DNA of 64,000 nucleotides from an uncultured Clostridia bacterium (GTDB taxonomy: Bacteria > Bacillota > Clostridia > Oscillospirales > CAG-272). Under the pieces are notes generated by a model. It was not told where the DNA came from, made no database searches, and saw nothing but the letters and a program-made list of their open reading frames with translations. The stretch lies in contig CANQWE010000004.1 in the NCBI GenBank assembly GCA_947627475.1, forward strand, positions 7 through 64,006. The letters are read 5' to 3'. Positions 41,917-52,324 of this stretch are shown here, piece by piece. Positions within the stretch are counted from its first letter, which is position 1. Each line of letters opens with the position of its first letter. The position numbers were made by a program, and so were the translations under genes.

Positions 41917-44706
41917 TTATTTACATTTATCCGTCTTTTGCCGCACAGTCAAAGCGCGCACAATAGACACCGCCGCCACAGACACAAGCACTGGCAGCAG
42001 AGCAAAGATAAACAAAAGCCAACCCGGCGCCAGCGTATGCAGCGTAACATTTTGCGCCGCGGTGAGTCCTCCTGCAGCGATTGTCCATACGGTTCCCAAA
42101 ATTGCAGCTGCATAGGGGATCCAGAAAAACCGCCCATAACGAGAGTCCTTATGAAACAATCCATTGCCTCCGCAAAATTCCGAGGCGATGAAAGGCATCG
42201 CGCATATGCAGGATAAAAACATGCAGCTTTGCTGTATGCGTCCGTTCAGATCACAGGACGGCCCCAGCAAATCGATCAAAGCGCGGCCTAAATAGGGGGA
42301 AAGCACTGCCAGCACCGCCAATAAGGTTCCATAAAGGGCCAGCACCAGTGTACTGCCTGCCTCTGTTTGCAAAAAACCTTTTTGGGGCAGAGGGGATTTT
42401 AAAATTTTTTTATCATCGATATCCTCGGTCTTTGCCTCCTCCTTGGAAACAGGAGGCACATATTTTCCGGCTGGAATCAATGCGGCAGCGAAAGATACAG
42501 AAAAGTCCATAAGCATTCCCCAAAACACCACCTGAGAAGCCGAAAGAAGCGGCAGCCCTGCGGCGGCGCAGATCAGAAGCAGCACCACACGGGTCATATG
42601 GGATACAACCAGATAGGAAAAAATATTGTGGATGTTGCGAACTGCGCTACGGCAGCGCATCATCAAGCCCATTACCGGAGAAAACCCGTCTTCTCCAGAG
42701 CCAACTATGCCATTGGCTGTAACGCGAAGCGCCTGGGGAATATCTGCTCCATATTTGCCCGGTACCGGAGCCGCAAACGCAATGTCCGCCTGCTGCATGA
42801 TCCACATATCCTCCACACCCCAGCCAAGATATCCCCGGCAAAGGCCGCTTTTCTTGCTCAAACGCATGAATCGTACCCTTTCCCGGATGCCCTCCATTCC
42901 CCCGGGAGTACTGATCATTAATAGCTTTCCAGGCTCCAGTGGCAAGCTGCGTGCAGCCATGCCTTCCTGCTGGGACATGTAAATGTCGTCCTGCTCTAAA
43001 ATTCCCTGGGCCCGGGCAAAACAGTGATCCTCCTTCGAACCGTCGGAGAACAGCACAACGCGCCCCCCTTCTTTTCGAAAGTTTTCCAGAGCAGCCAAAG
43101 TATTCGCCTGGGGGCGCTGGGATACTGCAAAAAAACCCTCAAAGCACAAATTTGACTGGAGCACAGAGATCCGACGCAGGCTGTTGTAATGGGAGTTTCG
43201 AAATCCCACTGCTGCCACTGCGATCCCCTGCATGGTAAGAGAAGCTGCAAGAGATAAAATTTTGTCCCGCTCCTGAGATGTAAGGGGAAGCGTTTCCTCA
43301 CCGATTCGCTGGGTAGTACATTGGGACAAAACATTCTCTACTCGGCCAAGGCAAGTAAAATAATAAGCGTTTTCCTTTGCCAGGAGCGCACAGTCCATGC
43401 CGCCTGCCTCTGTCTGCTCGCAGGACACATGCTGCACAACCATATAGCGATCCTGTTCCGGCATTTTCTCAATTTGTTGCTCTTTCCACAAAGAACGGAC
43501 AACAGAATACGCAAGAAAGCCCTCCTGCCCTTGACTTTGCCCAATCTGCCCAGCAGCCGGCGCGCCGTCAGGAGCAATTCCTGTGGCACAATGTGCCAAA
43601 TACAGTAGTCTTTGGGGCACATGTCCCGTTTTCTCCGTAACGGTTTCATAGGTATTTCCTTCATAATAGGCGTGGAAAGAAAATTTTTCACTTTTTAAAG
43701 CCGCAGAGGAACGCAGAAACAACACCTGTATTTCAGCTGCTCGCTCAGCAGAGGTAGCATTGTGGTACACCGCCTCGCCCTTCTTCTTTTGATATAAGGA
43801 AGCAGCCCATGCTGCAGCACCAGCCGCGCTTATGTATTCGTTGAGGCAGGCTGCCGCCATTGCAATAGAAGGAAGAAAAACGGTAAACAGATCCAATTTG
43901 CCGATTGCCGTGCCTACCAGACAGATCACCAGGGCAATCAGAATGAGTCCCAGGCTGCACTGGCGGCCCAAATCCGATAATCTGCTCAGTACCGGCAGAT
44001 CTTCCCCACCGGACAGTTCGATCTGCCCTTCTCTGGCGTAGATCAGTGTATTTTCTCCAGTAGCCACTGCCATGCCCATACAAAAGCCGCGAATAACCGC
44101 AGAAGAAGCATACAGCATATTGGTACGCATGGAGATCGGTGTGGGCTCCACCCCCTGAGGAATATCCTGGGCATTTTTGGAGACGATTCCCTCGTGTCCC
44201 GTAACCATTCCCTCAGACACCAAAACATTGTCCGCAGCGGTCAGCCGCACATCACAGGGAACTGTATCCCCCGTATCCAAAACAATGACATCTCCAGGGA
44301 CCACCTGGTCCGCAGGGATCGTTTTGACCGTACCGGCCCGGACGACTCTCGCCCTGGGGAGCGCGGAAGCGGCGTTTTTTTCAAAAACCCGCTGGGCGAA
44401 CACATAGGTAAGAATCCGTGCGCACCGAACTGCCGCGAGCATGACGCAAACAGCGGCGGTTTCGGCCGCATTACCGAAAACCGCCGCAAGAAGCGCCGTG
44501 ATTACAAGAAGCACTGTGGAAAAGTCAGCCAGAGACCTGCCGGCATATCGCTGTAGCGATATGCTCCGAACCGTCCATATTTTATTGGCCCCCCTGCGCA
44601 GCCGTCTGGTGGCTTCCCGGTCTGTAAGCCCTGTCACGCTGTCTGTTTTAAAAACAGCTGAGAGTCTGTCGACCGTCAGGTGATGCCAATTTTTATCCTG
44701 TTTCAT
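41917..44706 (-). CDS. P-type ATPase homologue lacking all catalytic signature motifs
   Basis: Collinear with P2-type ATPases (N-terminal LTDREATRRL, A-domain PGDVIVLDTGDTVPCD, 10 TM). However TGES->TGHE, PEGL->NEYI, DKTGT->RSSAA, TGD->SDG, GDGVND->GWGVED. Confidence 0.8.
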   Translation of the reverse strand: MKQDKNWHHLTVDRLSAVFKTDSVTGLTDREATRRLRRGANKIWTVRSISLQRYAGRSLADFSTVLLVITALLAAVFGNAAETAAVCVMLAAVRCARILTYVFAQRVFEKNAASALPRARVVRAGTVKTIPADQVVPGDVIVLDTGDTVPCDVRLTAADNVLVSEGMVTGHEGIVSKNAQDIPQGVEPTPISMRTNMLYASSAVIRGFCMGMAVATGENTLIYAREGQIELSGGEDLPVLSRLSDLGRQCSLGLILIALVICLVGTAIGKLDLFTVFLPSIAMAAACLNEYISAAGAAAWAASLYQKKKGEAVYHNATSAERAAEIQVLFLRSSAALKSEKFSFHAYYEGNTYETVTEKTGHVPQRLLYLAHCATGIAPDGAPAAGQIGQSQGQEGFLAYSVVRSLWKEQQIEKMPEQDRYMVVQHVSCEQTEAGGMDCALLAKENAYYFTCLGRVENVLSQCTTQRIGEETLPLTSQERDKILSLAASLTMQGIAVAAVGFRNSHYNSLRRISVLQSNLCFEGFFAVSQRPQANTLAALENFRKEGGRVVLFSDGSKEDHCFARAQGILEQDDIYMSQQEGMAARSLPLEPGKLLMISTPGGMEGIRERVRFMRLSKKSGLCRGYLGWGVEDMWIMQQADIAFAAPVPGKYGADIPQALRVTANGIVGSGEDGFSPVMGLMMRCRSAVRNIHNIFSYLVVSHMTRVVLLLICAAAGLPLLSASQVVFWGMLMDFSVSFAAALIPAGKYVPPVSKEEAKTEDIDDKKILKSPLPQKGFLQTEAGSTLVLALYGTLLAVLAVLSPYLGRALIDLLGPSCDLNGRIQQSCMFLSCICAMPFIASEFCGGNGLFHKDSRYGRFFWIPYAAAILGTVWTIAAGGLTAAQNVTLHTLAPGWLLFIFALLPVLVSVAAVSIVRALTVRQKTDKCK

Positions 44707-44736
44707 ATATGCTCCAAATTTTTACTTTCTTGCAAG

Positions 44737-47079
44737 TTAAATTGCTGTAACAGAAAGGCTGTCCCTATCCACCCCTACATCCAGGCTGATCCCGGAAAGC
44801 TGTCCCCGCATGGCAACGATCTTTTCTGCCACCCGGTCTTCCACTGCCGTCTGGATATACCGGCGCATGTTTCTGGCGCCATACTTCACAGAAAAGGACT
44901 CTTTTGCAATATATGCTGCGGCAGCGTCCGTATAATAGAACTGGATATATTTTTCTGCCAGAGCTTTTTTCAGATCTTCCAACATAATGGAAGCGATTCG
45001 TTTAAAGTCGTCTTTATCCAGGGAACGGAAGGTAATTACTTCATCCACACGGTTGAGGAATTCAGGACGCAGAAAATCGGAAAGTGCCTTTTGGGTCTTT
45101 TCCTTGGTACGCATATCTCCCTGATCGGTAAAGCCTGCCAGCGCCATGCCGCCGGTGCTTCCGGCATTGGTGGTCATCACGATCACAGTATTTTCAAAAC
45201 TGACTGTCTTACCGTGGGCGTCGGTGATACGTCCGTCGTCCAAAATCTGCAGCAGAATATTCATCACATCGGGATGGGCCTTTTCAATCTCGTCAAACAG
45301 CACTACAGAATACGGCCGGCGCCGAATTTTTTCTGTCAGCTGTCCGCCGTCGTCATATCCCACATATCCGGGAGGAGCGCCTACAATTCTGGAAACAGAG
45401 AATTTGTCCATAAATTCACTCATATCCAGCCGAATCAGCGTCTCTGGGGAGGAAAACAAATCTGCCGCCAAAACCTTTACCAGTTCTGTTTTACCCACGC
45501 CGGTGGGGCCTGCAAAAATAAAGGATACCGGTTTACGCTTCGGAGACACCCCGGTCCTGGACCGCCGGACGGCACGGACGACCGCGTCTACCGCCTCGTC
45601 CTGTCCTACGATCCGTTCCCTCAGACGATCTCCCAGGCCTTCCAATCGAGCATATTCATCTTCTGTTATGGAAGACGCAGGAATCCCCGTCCATATTTCA
45701 ATTACATCTGCCAGATCAGACTCCTTCATTTCTACTGCATCACAGATTGTTTTTAATTCTTCAATCCGGTTTTGTATGCGCAGCTGTTCTACTTTAATAT
45801 CTGCCAGACGACGATAGGTGTTCTCATCTGCATCCTCGCCTGACTCTGCGGCAGCTTCCAGTGCAGCCTGCTCTTTTTCAATGGCCAAAAGCCGGTCTCC
45901 CAACTCATACCGTTCGTTGATAGCAGGACTAGACAGGGAAATATGGGCCGCTGCTTCGTCAATGAGATCGATAGCTTTATCCGGCAGATACCGGTCTGTA
46001 ATATAGCGTTCACTCATTACCACGGCAGACCGAAGCACGTTCTCGGGGATACGGATTCCATGATACGCTTCGTAATAGTGCTTGATTCCCCGCAGAACAT
46101 TTTCACTATCCGCGAGGCCCGGTTCCTCCACAGTAACAGGTTGAAAGCGCCGCTCCAATGCAGAATCCTTTTCGATATATTTCCGATACTCGGTCATCGT
46201 TGTGGCGCCTACGACCTGAATTTCTCCCCTGGACAGGGCTGGTTTCATAATGTTGGCGGCATTCATAGACCCTTCTGCATCACCTGCGCCTACGATATTG
46301 TGGACCTCGTCGATCACAAGAATAATATTGCCCGCGGCCTTTACTTCGTTGAGCAGGCCGAGAACCCTGGACTCAAACTGTCCCCGGAACTGGGTCCCGG
46401 CAACGAGAGCCGTCAGATCCATCAAAAACAGCTCTTTCCCCCGCAGCTTATAGGGTACGTCCCCTGCAACGATCTTTTGGGCAAGCGCTTCCGCGATTGC
46501 CGTCTTACCCACGCCGGGCTCACCGATTAGGCAGGGATTGTTTTTTTGCCGCCGGCACAGGATTTGGATTACCCGATCCAGCTCCCGCTCCCTTCCGATT
46601 ACCTTATCCAGTCCGCCCATAGCAGCTTTTTCTGTAATATTCTGACAATAAGTAGTGAGAAACTTGCGCTCCTTTTTTTTGCGCGCTTCTCCTTTCTCAC
46701 CAGTACGTCCTTTTTCCTTTGCAGGTTTATTCTCCTGGGGAAGTCCAGCAGCAGCCAGGCCTTCCCGCATTAGTTTGCCGAAATCAACCGCCGGGGCCCG
46801 GGATTCATCCTCTCCGCTTGGCACAAGACCTTCTCCCCCGCCGACCCCCAAAGGATCTTCTCCGTTTGCAATACCGTCCATAATATCCTGCATCTCCTCG
46901 GACATGCGGTCTACATCCTCGTCGCTGAGTCCCATTTTCGATATAATATCGTTCACCGGTTTAATGCCCAGCTCTTTTGCACACTTTATACAAATGCCTT
47001 CCTGCTTCGACTCGCCATCGTCCACTCTTGTTATGAACACGACTGCCATCCGTTTATGGCATCTTGCACACATTACCAT
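44737..47079 (-). CDS. ClpC/ClpA-type double AAA+ unfoldase with an N-terminal 4-Cys zinc ribbon instead of Clp_N repeats
   Basis: Two Walker A sites ([16 protein letters not shown]), short coiled-coil middle domain, N-terminal CARC ... CIKC. Confidence 0.9.
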   Translation of the reverse strand: MVMCARCHKRMAVVFITRVDDGESKQEGICIKCAKELGIKPVNDIISKMGLSDEDVDRMSEEMQDIMDGIANGEDPLGVGGGEGLVPSGEDESRAPAVDFGKLMREGLAAAGLPQENKPAKEKGRTGEKGEARKKKERKFLTTYCQNITEKAAMGGLDKVIGRERELDRVIQILCRRQKNNPCLIGEPGVGKTAIAEALAQKIVAGDVPYKLRGKELFLMDLTALVAGTQFRGQFESRVLGLLNEVKAAGNIILVIDEVHNIVGAGDAEGSMNAANIMKPALSRGEIQVVGATTMTEYRKYIEKDSALERRFQPVTVEEPGLADSENVLRGIKHYYEAYHGIRIPENVLRSAVVMSERYITDRYLPDKAIDLIDEAAAHISLSSPAINERYELGDRLLAIEKEQAALEAAAESGEDADENTYRRLADIKVEQLRIQNRIEELKTICDAVEMKESDLADVIEIWTGIPASSITEDEYARLEGLGDRLRERIVGQDEAVDAVVRAVRRSRTGVSPKRKPVSFIFAGPTGVGKTELVKVLAADLFSSPETLIRLDMSEFMDKFSVSRIVGAPPGYVGYDDGGQLTEKIRRRPYSVVLFDEIEKAHPDVMNILLQILDDGRITDAHGKTVSFENTVIVMTTNAGSTGGMALAGFTDQGDMRTKEKTQKALSDFLRPEFLNRVDEVITFRSLDKDDFKRIASIMLEDLKKALAEKYIQFYYTDAAAAYIAKESFSVKYGARNMRRYIQTAVEDRVAEKIVAMRGQLSGISLDVGVDRDSLSVTAI

Positions 47080-47644
47080 CCGTTGTCGCCTTTCTATGCT
47101 TCTTCATTTTGTTCTTTAAATAACTGATATAATACAGAATGAGTACACCAAACGCGATCACCGCCGTAAAGATGCACAGGGCATAAGTCGCCCACATATT
47201 TGCACCCAGCCAGTCCTGGAACAGCAAAAACAGCATGATTACAGCATAAAATATCACTGTGTACGCTTTACCAAAATATTTTGCCACACCGATTTCCCGA
47301 CTCTTCTTAAAGAGAACAATCGCCCCGCAGCCCATAAGCAGTTCTTTGAGCACAATCAAAATCAGAATCCACCAGGGAACGATTTCCCGAAACACCAGGC
47401 AGAGCAGCGCGGTACACTGCATCAGCTTGTCAGCCAAAGGATCCAGGATTTTTCCCGCATTGGTCACCCAGCCGAATTTTCTGGCAAGTATTCCATCAAC
47501 CACGTCTGTCACGCCGGACAGAATAAAGATAATTGCAGCCAGCATTACATAATCCGGATATCCCCAGATAAAGATCGCTGCAAATGCAAAAGACATAAAG
47601 AGCCGGATAATCGACAAAATGTTTGGGATATACTTTGCCTTCAT
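47054..47644 (-). CDS. pgsA: CDP-diacylglycerol--glycerol-3-phosphate 3-phosphatidyltransferase
   Basis: CDP-alcohol phosphatidyltransferase motif DGILARKFGWVTNAGKILDPLADKL. Confidence 0.9.
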   Translation of the reverse strand: MKAKYIPNILSIIRLFMSFAFAAIFIWGYPDYVMLAAIIFILSGVTDVVDGILARKFGWVTNAGKILDPLADKLMQCTALLCLVFREIVPWWILILIVLKELLMGCGAIVLFKKSREIGVAKYFGKAYTVIFYAVIMLFLLFQDWLGANMWATYALCIFTAVIAFGVLILYYISYLKNKMKKHRKATTDGNVCKMP

Positions 47645-47689
47645 AAAAATGAAACCTTTCTAAAAATGTTTGCGCATATTACCGCAAAT

Positions 47690-48430
47690 CTAATGGCCGG
47701 CAATTGCGTTTGAAATGGCCTCTACAGGGTTATATTTAGAAAAAAACTTAAGCAAAATGGAATCATCCAAAATTTTCGGGTCTACGGTTCCCGGTGCAAC
47801 AGAGGCAATCGCATCCAGTGCCGCAGCCGCAACCATTGCAAAGATCCACACAAAAAGTAGCGCGCTGACCACGCCGAATACCAGTCCCAATGTTTTATCC
47901 ACCCCGCGCAGTACCGGCAAAGTAAATACAGCGCCGATCGCCCAGGTGATCAGCCGCAGCACAAGAATTGCAGCCAAAAACAGTCCGATAAATACAAGGA
48001 TGTTTGCAAGAGTCCCCGCAATGGGATCTGACACTGCATACGCCACCTGCTCTACCGCCGCGTGGCTACCGTCGTTTGCGCTGTTTATCAGCTCCGTTAC
48101 AGCCTGTGAATCTGCTCCGTACTGATCTAAAATAGAAAGAAATTGGGAATTTTCCAAAAGCTTCGACAAGTCATATACTACGGTTTGTGCCCCCTCGGCC
48201 CCTGCCTTCGCCATGGAAGCCAGCGTATCTGTCACACCGCCCGCGATTTTATCCAACAGGAATTTTTCTTTCACAATCAAGGCCAGCTTCGGTGTAAAAG
48301 TATATGCGATAAGAAGCGCGCCGATCCCGGAGCATAGGCTCATCACCGACTTAAAAAATCCCCGCTTGTAGCTCACAAAAATCGTCAGGGCGCACAGCGC
48401 CAAGATCACAATATCCAATATAAAATGCAT
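47690..48430 (-). CDS. cvpA: CvpA family membrane protein
   Basis: N-terminus MHFILDIVILAL...YKRGFFKS and a four-TM layout typical of CvpA. Confidence 0.8.
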   Translation of the reverse strand: MHFILDIVILALCALTIFVSYKRGFFKSVMSLCSGIGALLIAYTFTPKLALIVKEKFLLDKIAGGVTDTLASMAKAGAEGAQTVVYDLSKLLENSQFLSILDQYGADSQAVTELINSANDGSHAAVEQVAYAVSDPIAGTLANILVFIGLFLAAILVLRLITWAIGAVFTLPVLRGVDKTLGLVFGVVSALLFVWIFAMVAAAALDAIASVAPGTVDPKILDDSILLKFFSKYNPVEAISNAIAGH

Positions 48431-48495
48431 TTTACAACCCTGCCTTTCTTTGCAGTGGGCACGTTTCTATATATTGTATTGCATGTTTTTCCTGC

Positions 48496-49824
48496 TCATT
48501 CACCGAAAAAGAGAGAATATGTTCCGCTGTCCTCACAGATAACGGCTCCACCACCGGCAGGCAAAATATCCAGTGCCTCCCCCAAAAGCTTTTCTTCTAC
48601 CGGATCTCCGCCGGTCAGGGAAAGCTTCAAGGCCTTGTCCTCACAAAGGATATATATGGCCCGGTCCCCATCTGTCGCGACCATCCGGATTTTTTCATTG
48701 ATTATATTATTATATATGATATTCCCGTCGGTGTCAAATAGAATTATTTCATTTTCTGATCCAACTGCGTTTTTTGCTACCGAAAGAGCCAAAAAATCTC
48801 CGTCCAAGTCAAAGGCGACTGGCACAGCGCCTGCTATATCGTAACTGCCGCACTGCTTTTCTCCGTCGTAAAATAAAATTTTATTGTCACAAACAACCAC
48901 CAGCCTGCCGTCGTCTGCATAGCGAACTGCAAGGGGCATCGTGCCCTCCAGTTCTACAGAAGTCGTCTCCTTGCTGCCGATTCTGCAAAACATGATTTCA
49001 CAATATGCACCGGCTCCGGCAGCGCCTGCAGAAGCCACCGCCATATGCTCCCCTTCGGGGTCTATAGCCATATCCACCACATATTTGTCCTTATAATACT
49101 TGGCAAGCGGTTTGAAGTCCGAGCTGTAAACAGTGATCAGATATTTCGATTCATCCGATCCGGTGAGCAGTGCATGGGTGCCGTCATCCGCAACGGCTGC
49201 GTCTTCAATGACCGTCTCGGCCTGACTATTAAGCACCCGGGCGATCGTAGTATAAATAGAGTAGGATTTTCCCGCCGCATCATAAAACAAAGCATATTTA
49301 TTCCCCACAACCAGACGGGGATCACTATAGGCGCTTTCATAGTCCAATTCTTTGGAACCGGAAGCGTTATACAGACGAAACCCTGCCGCACCTGCCACTG
49401 CGATCCGATCCCGGAACAGGGCAAAGGAAGGGGCATACTGCCGCTCATAGCTGATGTCGGCATATTTCCCTACGGTGGACACCACGCCGGTGTCCAGATC
49501 CCGTATCAAATACATCAGATTGTTGTAGGTGATATTTTCCCGATAGAAAAGAAGCATGATCAGCAAAAAAGCCACCAAAAGAATCACAGAAAGCAGGCGT
49601 GCCCACCGATACCGGTTTGCAATGGCGATGTAATAGCCGTTTACCTCCGGTTCCCCTGCATCCAGCTCTATGGAAACACGGGGAGGACGTCTCTTTTTTC
49701 GCACAGCCGGGTCATCCGGCGCTCTTCTCCTGCTGGTCCGTGCGGCGTTTGCCTTCTTTCTGCGTCTTCCCGTACGGATCAGCTCGTCCTGTTCCCATTC
49801 GTCTCTTTTGCCAGCCATTTGCAT
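48496..49824 (-). CDS. Membrane-anchored hypothetical protein with a repeat-rich extracellular domain
   Basis: Basic N-terminus, one TM, then about 330 aa of beta-rich sequence. Start set to the ATG at 49824 (SD ggaggaaaggagg). Confidence 0.6.
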   Translation of the reverse strand: MQMAGKRDEWEQDELIRTGRRRKKANAARTSRRRAPDDPAVRKKRRPPRVSIELDAGEPEVNGYYIAIANRYRWARLLSVILLVAFLLIMLLFYRENITYNNLMYLIRDLDTGVVSTVGKYADISYERQYAPSFALFRDRIAVAGAAGFRLYNASGSKELDYESAYSDPRLVVGNKYALFYDAAGKSYSIYTTIARVLNSQAETVIEDAAVADDGTHALLTGSDESKYLITVYSSDFKPLAKYYKDKYVVDMAIDPEGEHMAVASAGAAGAGAYCEIMFCRIGSKETTSVELEGTMPLAVRYADDGRLVVVCDNKILFYDGEKQCGSYDIAGAVPVAFDLDGDFLALSVAKNAVGSENEIILFDTDGNIIYNNIINEKIRMVATDGDRAIYILCEDKALKLSLTGGDPVEEKLLGEALDILPAGGGAVICEDSGTYSLFFGE

Positions 49825-49847
49825 GCCTCCTTTCCTCCAAAAATCGT

Positions 49848-50639
49848 TCATTCACATTGCCATGAAATTTTTGACGGATACCACACTTGCCGCAGATACA
49901 ATCCATCAGGCGGGGCAGTAAAGCCGGCCCGGCTTCTGTCCCCACAGGATAGAATTTCCGAAATATCCTGCGGTAAAATCCTGCCGGCAGCCACATCCAG
50001 CAGGGTACCTGTCATAATGCGCACCATGTTATACAGAAATCCATCGGCAGCCACAGAAAACTGAATCATGCCGTCTGTCTGTCGCTCCACCCAAGCACGC
50101 ATTACCGTGCGCACTGTATCCTTATCCGCCGTCCCCCCCGCCATAAAAGCGCGAAAATCCTGTTTTCCTATATAAGCTGCCGCCGCAGTTTGCATACAGT
50201 CCAGCCCCTCTGGTGTAATCCGGCGAATACTGTGATAGCTTCTGTCCTTTAGGAAGGGAGTTGCATAGGGAGCATCCCAGATCCGATAGACATATTCCTT
50301 TTCCACAGCGTCATACCTGGGATGGAATGTGTCCTCCGCCTCTGCCGCGGCGCATACAGATATATCCGGCGGCAGGAAGAGGGCAAATGCCCGATGGATT
50401 TTGGGAACGGGGATCCTGCACCAGTCGACCGTCTCCCCGATGGCGGGGGATACAGCGCACACATATCCCAGCGCATGCACCCCCGCGTCTGTCCGGCTGC
50501 AGCCGGTGACACTGCAAGGCCGGCCAAATACACGCTCTGCAGCCTGGGTGAGCACTTCCTGAATACTGGATCCGTTTTTCTGGCACTGAAAACCACAGTA
50601 TGCCGTGCCGATATATTGCACCTTCAATAGTATTTTCAT
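49848..50639 (-). CDS. truA: tRNA pseudouridine(38-40) synthase
   Basis: YIGTAYCGFQ and RTDAGVHA motifs. Start set to the ATG at 50639 (MKILLKVQY). Confidence 0.92.
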   Translation of the reverse strand: MKILLKVQYIGTAYCGFQCQKNGSSIQEVLTQAAERVFGRPCSVTGCSRTDAGVHALGYVCAVSPAIGETVDWCRIPVPKIHRAFALFLPPDISVCAAAEAEDTFHPRYDAVEKEYVYRIWDAPYATPFLKDRSYHSIRRITPEGLDCMQTAAAAYIGKQDFRAFMAGGTADKDTVRTVMRAWVERQTDGMIQFSVAADGFLYNMVRIMTGTLLDVAAGRILPQDISEILSCGDRSRAGFTAPPDGLYLRQVWYPSKISWQCE

Positions 50640-50646
50640 AAGCGCA

Positions 50647-51474
50647 TTATAAGGCCAGCGCATATCCCGGCGCAAAAATGTTGAGCAGTACCACGCCGGC
50701 GCACAAGGCGCACAAAGCAAGCAGCGCAGCGACGTCCCGCCAGCTGGAATGAAGAATATTCATACGTGTTCGTCCCTTTCCACCGGTATAGCAGCGGCAC
50801 TCCATGGCGGTGGCCAGTTCCTCCGCCCGTCGGAATGCAGATATAAACAGGGGAATCAAAATGGGGATCAGAGCTTTTGCCCGGCGCACCAGCGATCCGG
50901 TAGAAAAATCTGCGCCCCTGGCCTTCTGCGCGTTCATAATTTTCTCTGTTTCCTCCACCAAGGTGGGAATAAACCGCAACGCAATGGTCATCATCATGGA
51001 AAATTCGTGGACAGGCAAATGGATTTTCGCCAGAGGAGACAGCAGCCGTTCCAGTCCGTCTGTCAGGGCAATCGGCGTAGTTGTATACGTAAGCAGGATG
51101 CTGGTACCTGCCACTAAAATCACCACCCGTACAACGATGAGCAGCGCGTTTATGAGCCCCTCCAGATAAATATGGATGATCCACCAGTCTACCAGGACCG
51201 TATCTCCCTTAAGCCAGAAAATATTGATGATGGCAGTAAAGAAAATAATGAAGACAAGGGGCCGCAGTCCCCGTAAAATCGTACGCAGCGGGATCCTGCT
51301 GATCAAAGTCAGGAAAATCGCAGATAAAATGAGCAGGGCAAAAGAAAAAATATTTTTTGCAAGGAAAATGATTACAATATAAAAAATGACAAACAGAATT
51401 TTCCACCGGGGATCCAGCCTATGCAAAAAGGAATTTCCCTCGTAATACTGTCCGAATGCAATATCAGCCTTCAT
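50647..51474 (-). CDS. ecfT: Energy-coupling factor transporter transmembrane subunit
   Basis: CbiQ/EcfT layout with the ARG ... coupling-helix motif (AQKARGADF). Start overlaps the ecfA2 stop. Confidence 0.9.
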   Translation of the reverse strand: MKADIAFGQYYEGNSFLHRLDPRWKILFVIFYIVIIFLAKNIFSFALLILSAIFLTLISRIPLRTILRGLRPLVFIIFFTAIINIFWLKGDTVLVDWWIIHIYLEGLINALLIVVRVVILVAGTSILLTYTTTPIALTDGLERLLSPLAKIHLPVHEFSMMMTIALRFIPTLVEETEKIMNAQKARGADFSTGSLVRRAKALIPILIPLFISAFRRAEELATAMECRCYTGGKGRTRMNILHSSWRDVAALLALCALCAGVVLLNIFAPGYALAL

Positions 51475-52324
51475 GCGCTTCCCTCCCGGACAGCAGCCGA
51501 TGGGCTGCAAATTTTACCGTATAGATATCCAGCCCGATATCCACCCCCGCGTCCCGCAGGGCCCGGGCAACCCGTGTGATTTGCGGCACGTCCAGTCCTA
51601 CGGCGATCAGTTCCTCCGCCCGGCTGAAAACCTGAGCAGGGGTACCGCTCATGACAAGCCGTCCGTTTTCCATCACCAATACCCGGTCACAGTACAGGGC
51701 CATGTCCTCCATGCTGTGGGAGACGATGATCACATTGGCGCCGCTTTTCTGCTGGTATTCCCGGATTCGGCCAAGTATCTCTCGGCGGCCCCCCGGATCC
51801 AGCCCCGCTGCCGGCTCATCCAGCACAAGCACCGCAGGCTCCATAGCCATAACGCCGGCAAGAGCTGCGCGCCGTTTTTGTCCGCCGGACAAATCGAAGG
51901 GAGATTTTTTGAGAAGCTCCGGACGCAGTCCTGTAAACTGCGCCGCACGCTTTACCGCCTCCCTAATTTTCTCCGGATCCATACCCATATTTTTCGGGCC
52001 AAAGGCGATATCCGCCTCCACCGTCTCGTCAAACAGCTGATACTCGGGATACTGCATCACCAGCCCTACTTGGAACCGGATCTGCTGAATCTGTTTGGGA
52101 TCCTCCCAAATATCCTTTCCATCCAACAGCACCCGGCCGCTGTCCGGTTTCAAAAGTCCATTGAGCATTTGTACAAGGGTGGACTTGCCGCTGCCAGTGT
52201 GGCCGATCAGACCGGTAATTTCCCCGGCCCGAAAGGTAAGGCTTACATCGTCCAGAGCGCGCATCTCATATGGCGCCCCTTTCCCGTATACATACGTTAC
52301 ATTTTCAAGTGTTATCTCTGCCAT
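51464..52324 (-). CDS. ecfA2: Energy-coupling factor transporter ATPase (second ABC subunit)
   Basis: Walker A GHTGSGKST, signature LSGGQKRR, Walker B VLVLDEP. Confidence 0.92.
   Translation of the reverse strand: MAEITLENVTYVYGKGAPYEMRALDDVSLTFRAGEITGLIGHTGSGKSTLVQMLNGLLKPDSGRVLLDGKDIWEDPKQIQQIRFQVGLVMQYPEYQLFDETVEADIAFGPKNMGMDPEKIREAVKRAAQFTGLRPELLKKSPFDLSGGQKRRAALAGVMAMEPAVLVLDEPAAGLDPGGRREILGRIREYQQKSGANVIIVSHSMEDMALYCDRVLVMENGRLVMSGTPAQVFSRAEELIAVGLDVPQITRVARALRDAGVDIGLDIYTVKFAAHRLLSGREAHEG

Noticed and set aside
44680-45817. Plus-strand ORFs 44680-45756 and 45146-45817
   Set aside because: They are antisense to the ClpC-type gene, which has two intact Walker A sites on the minus strand.
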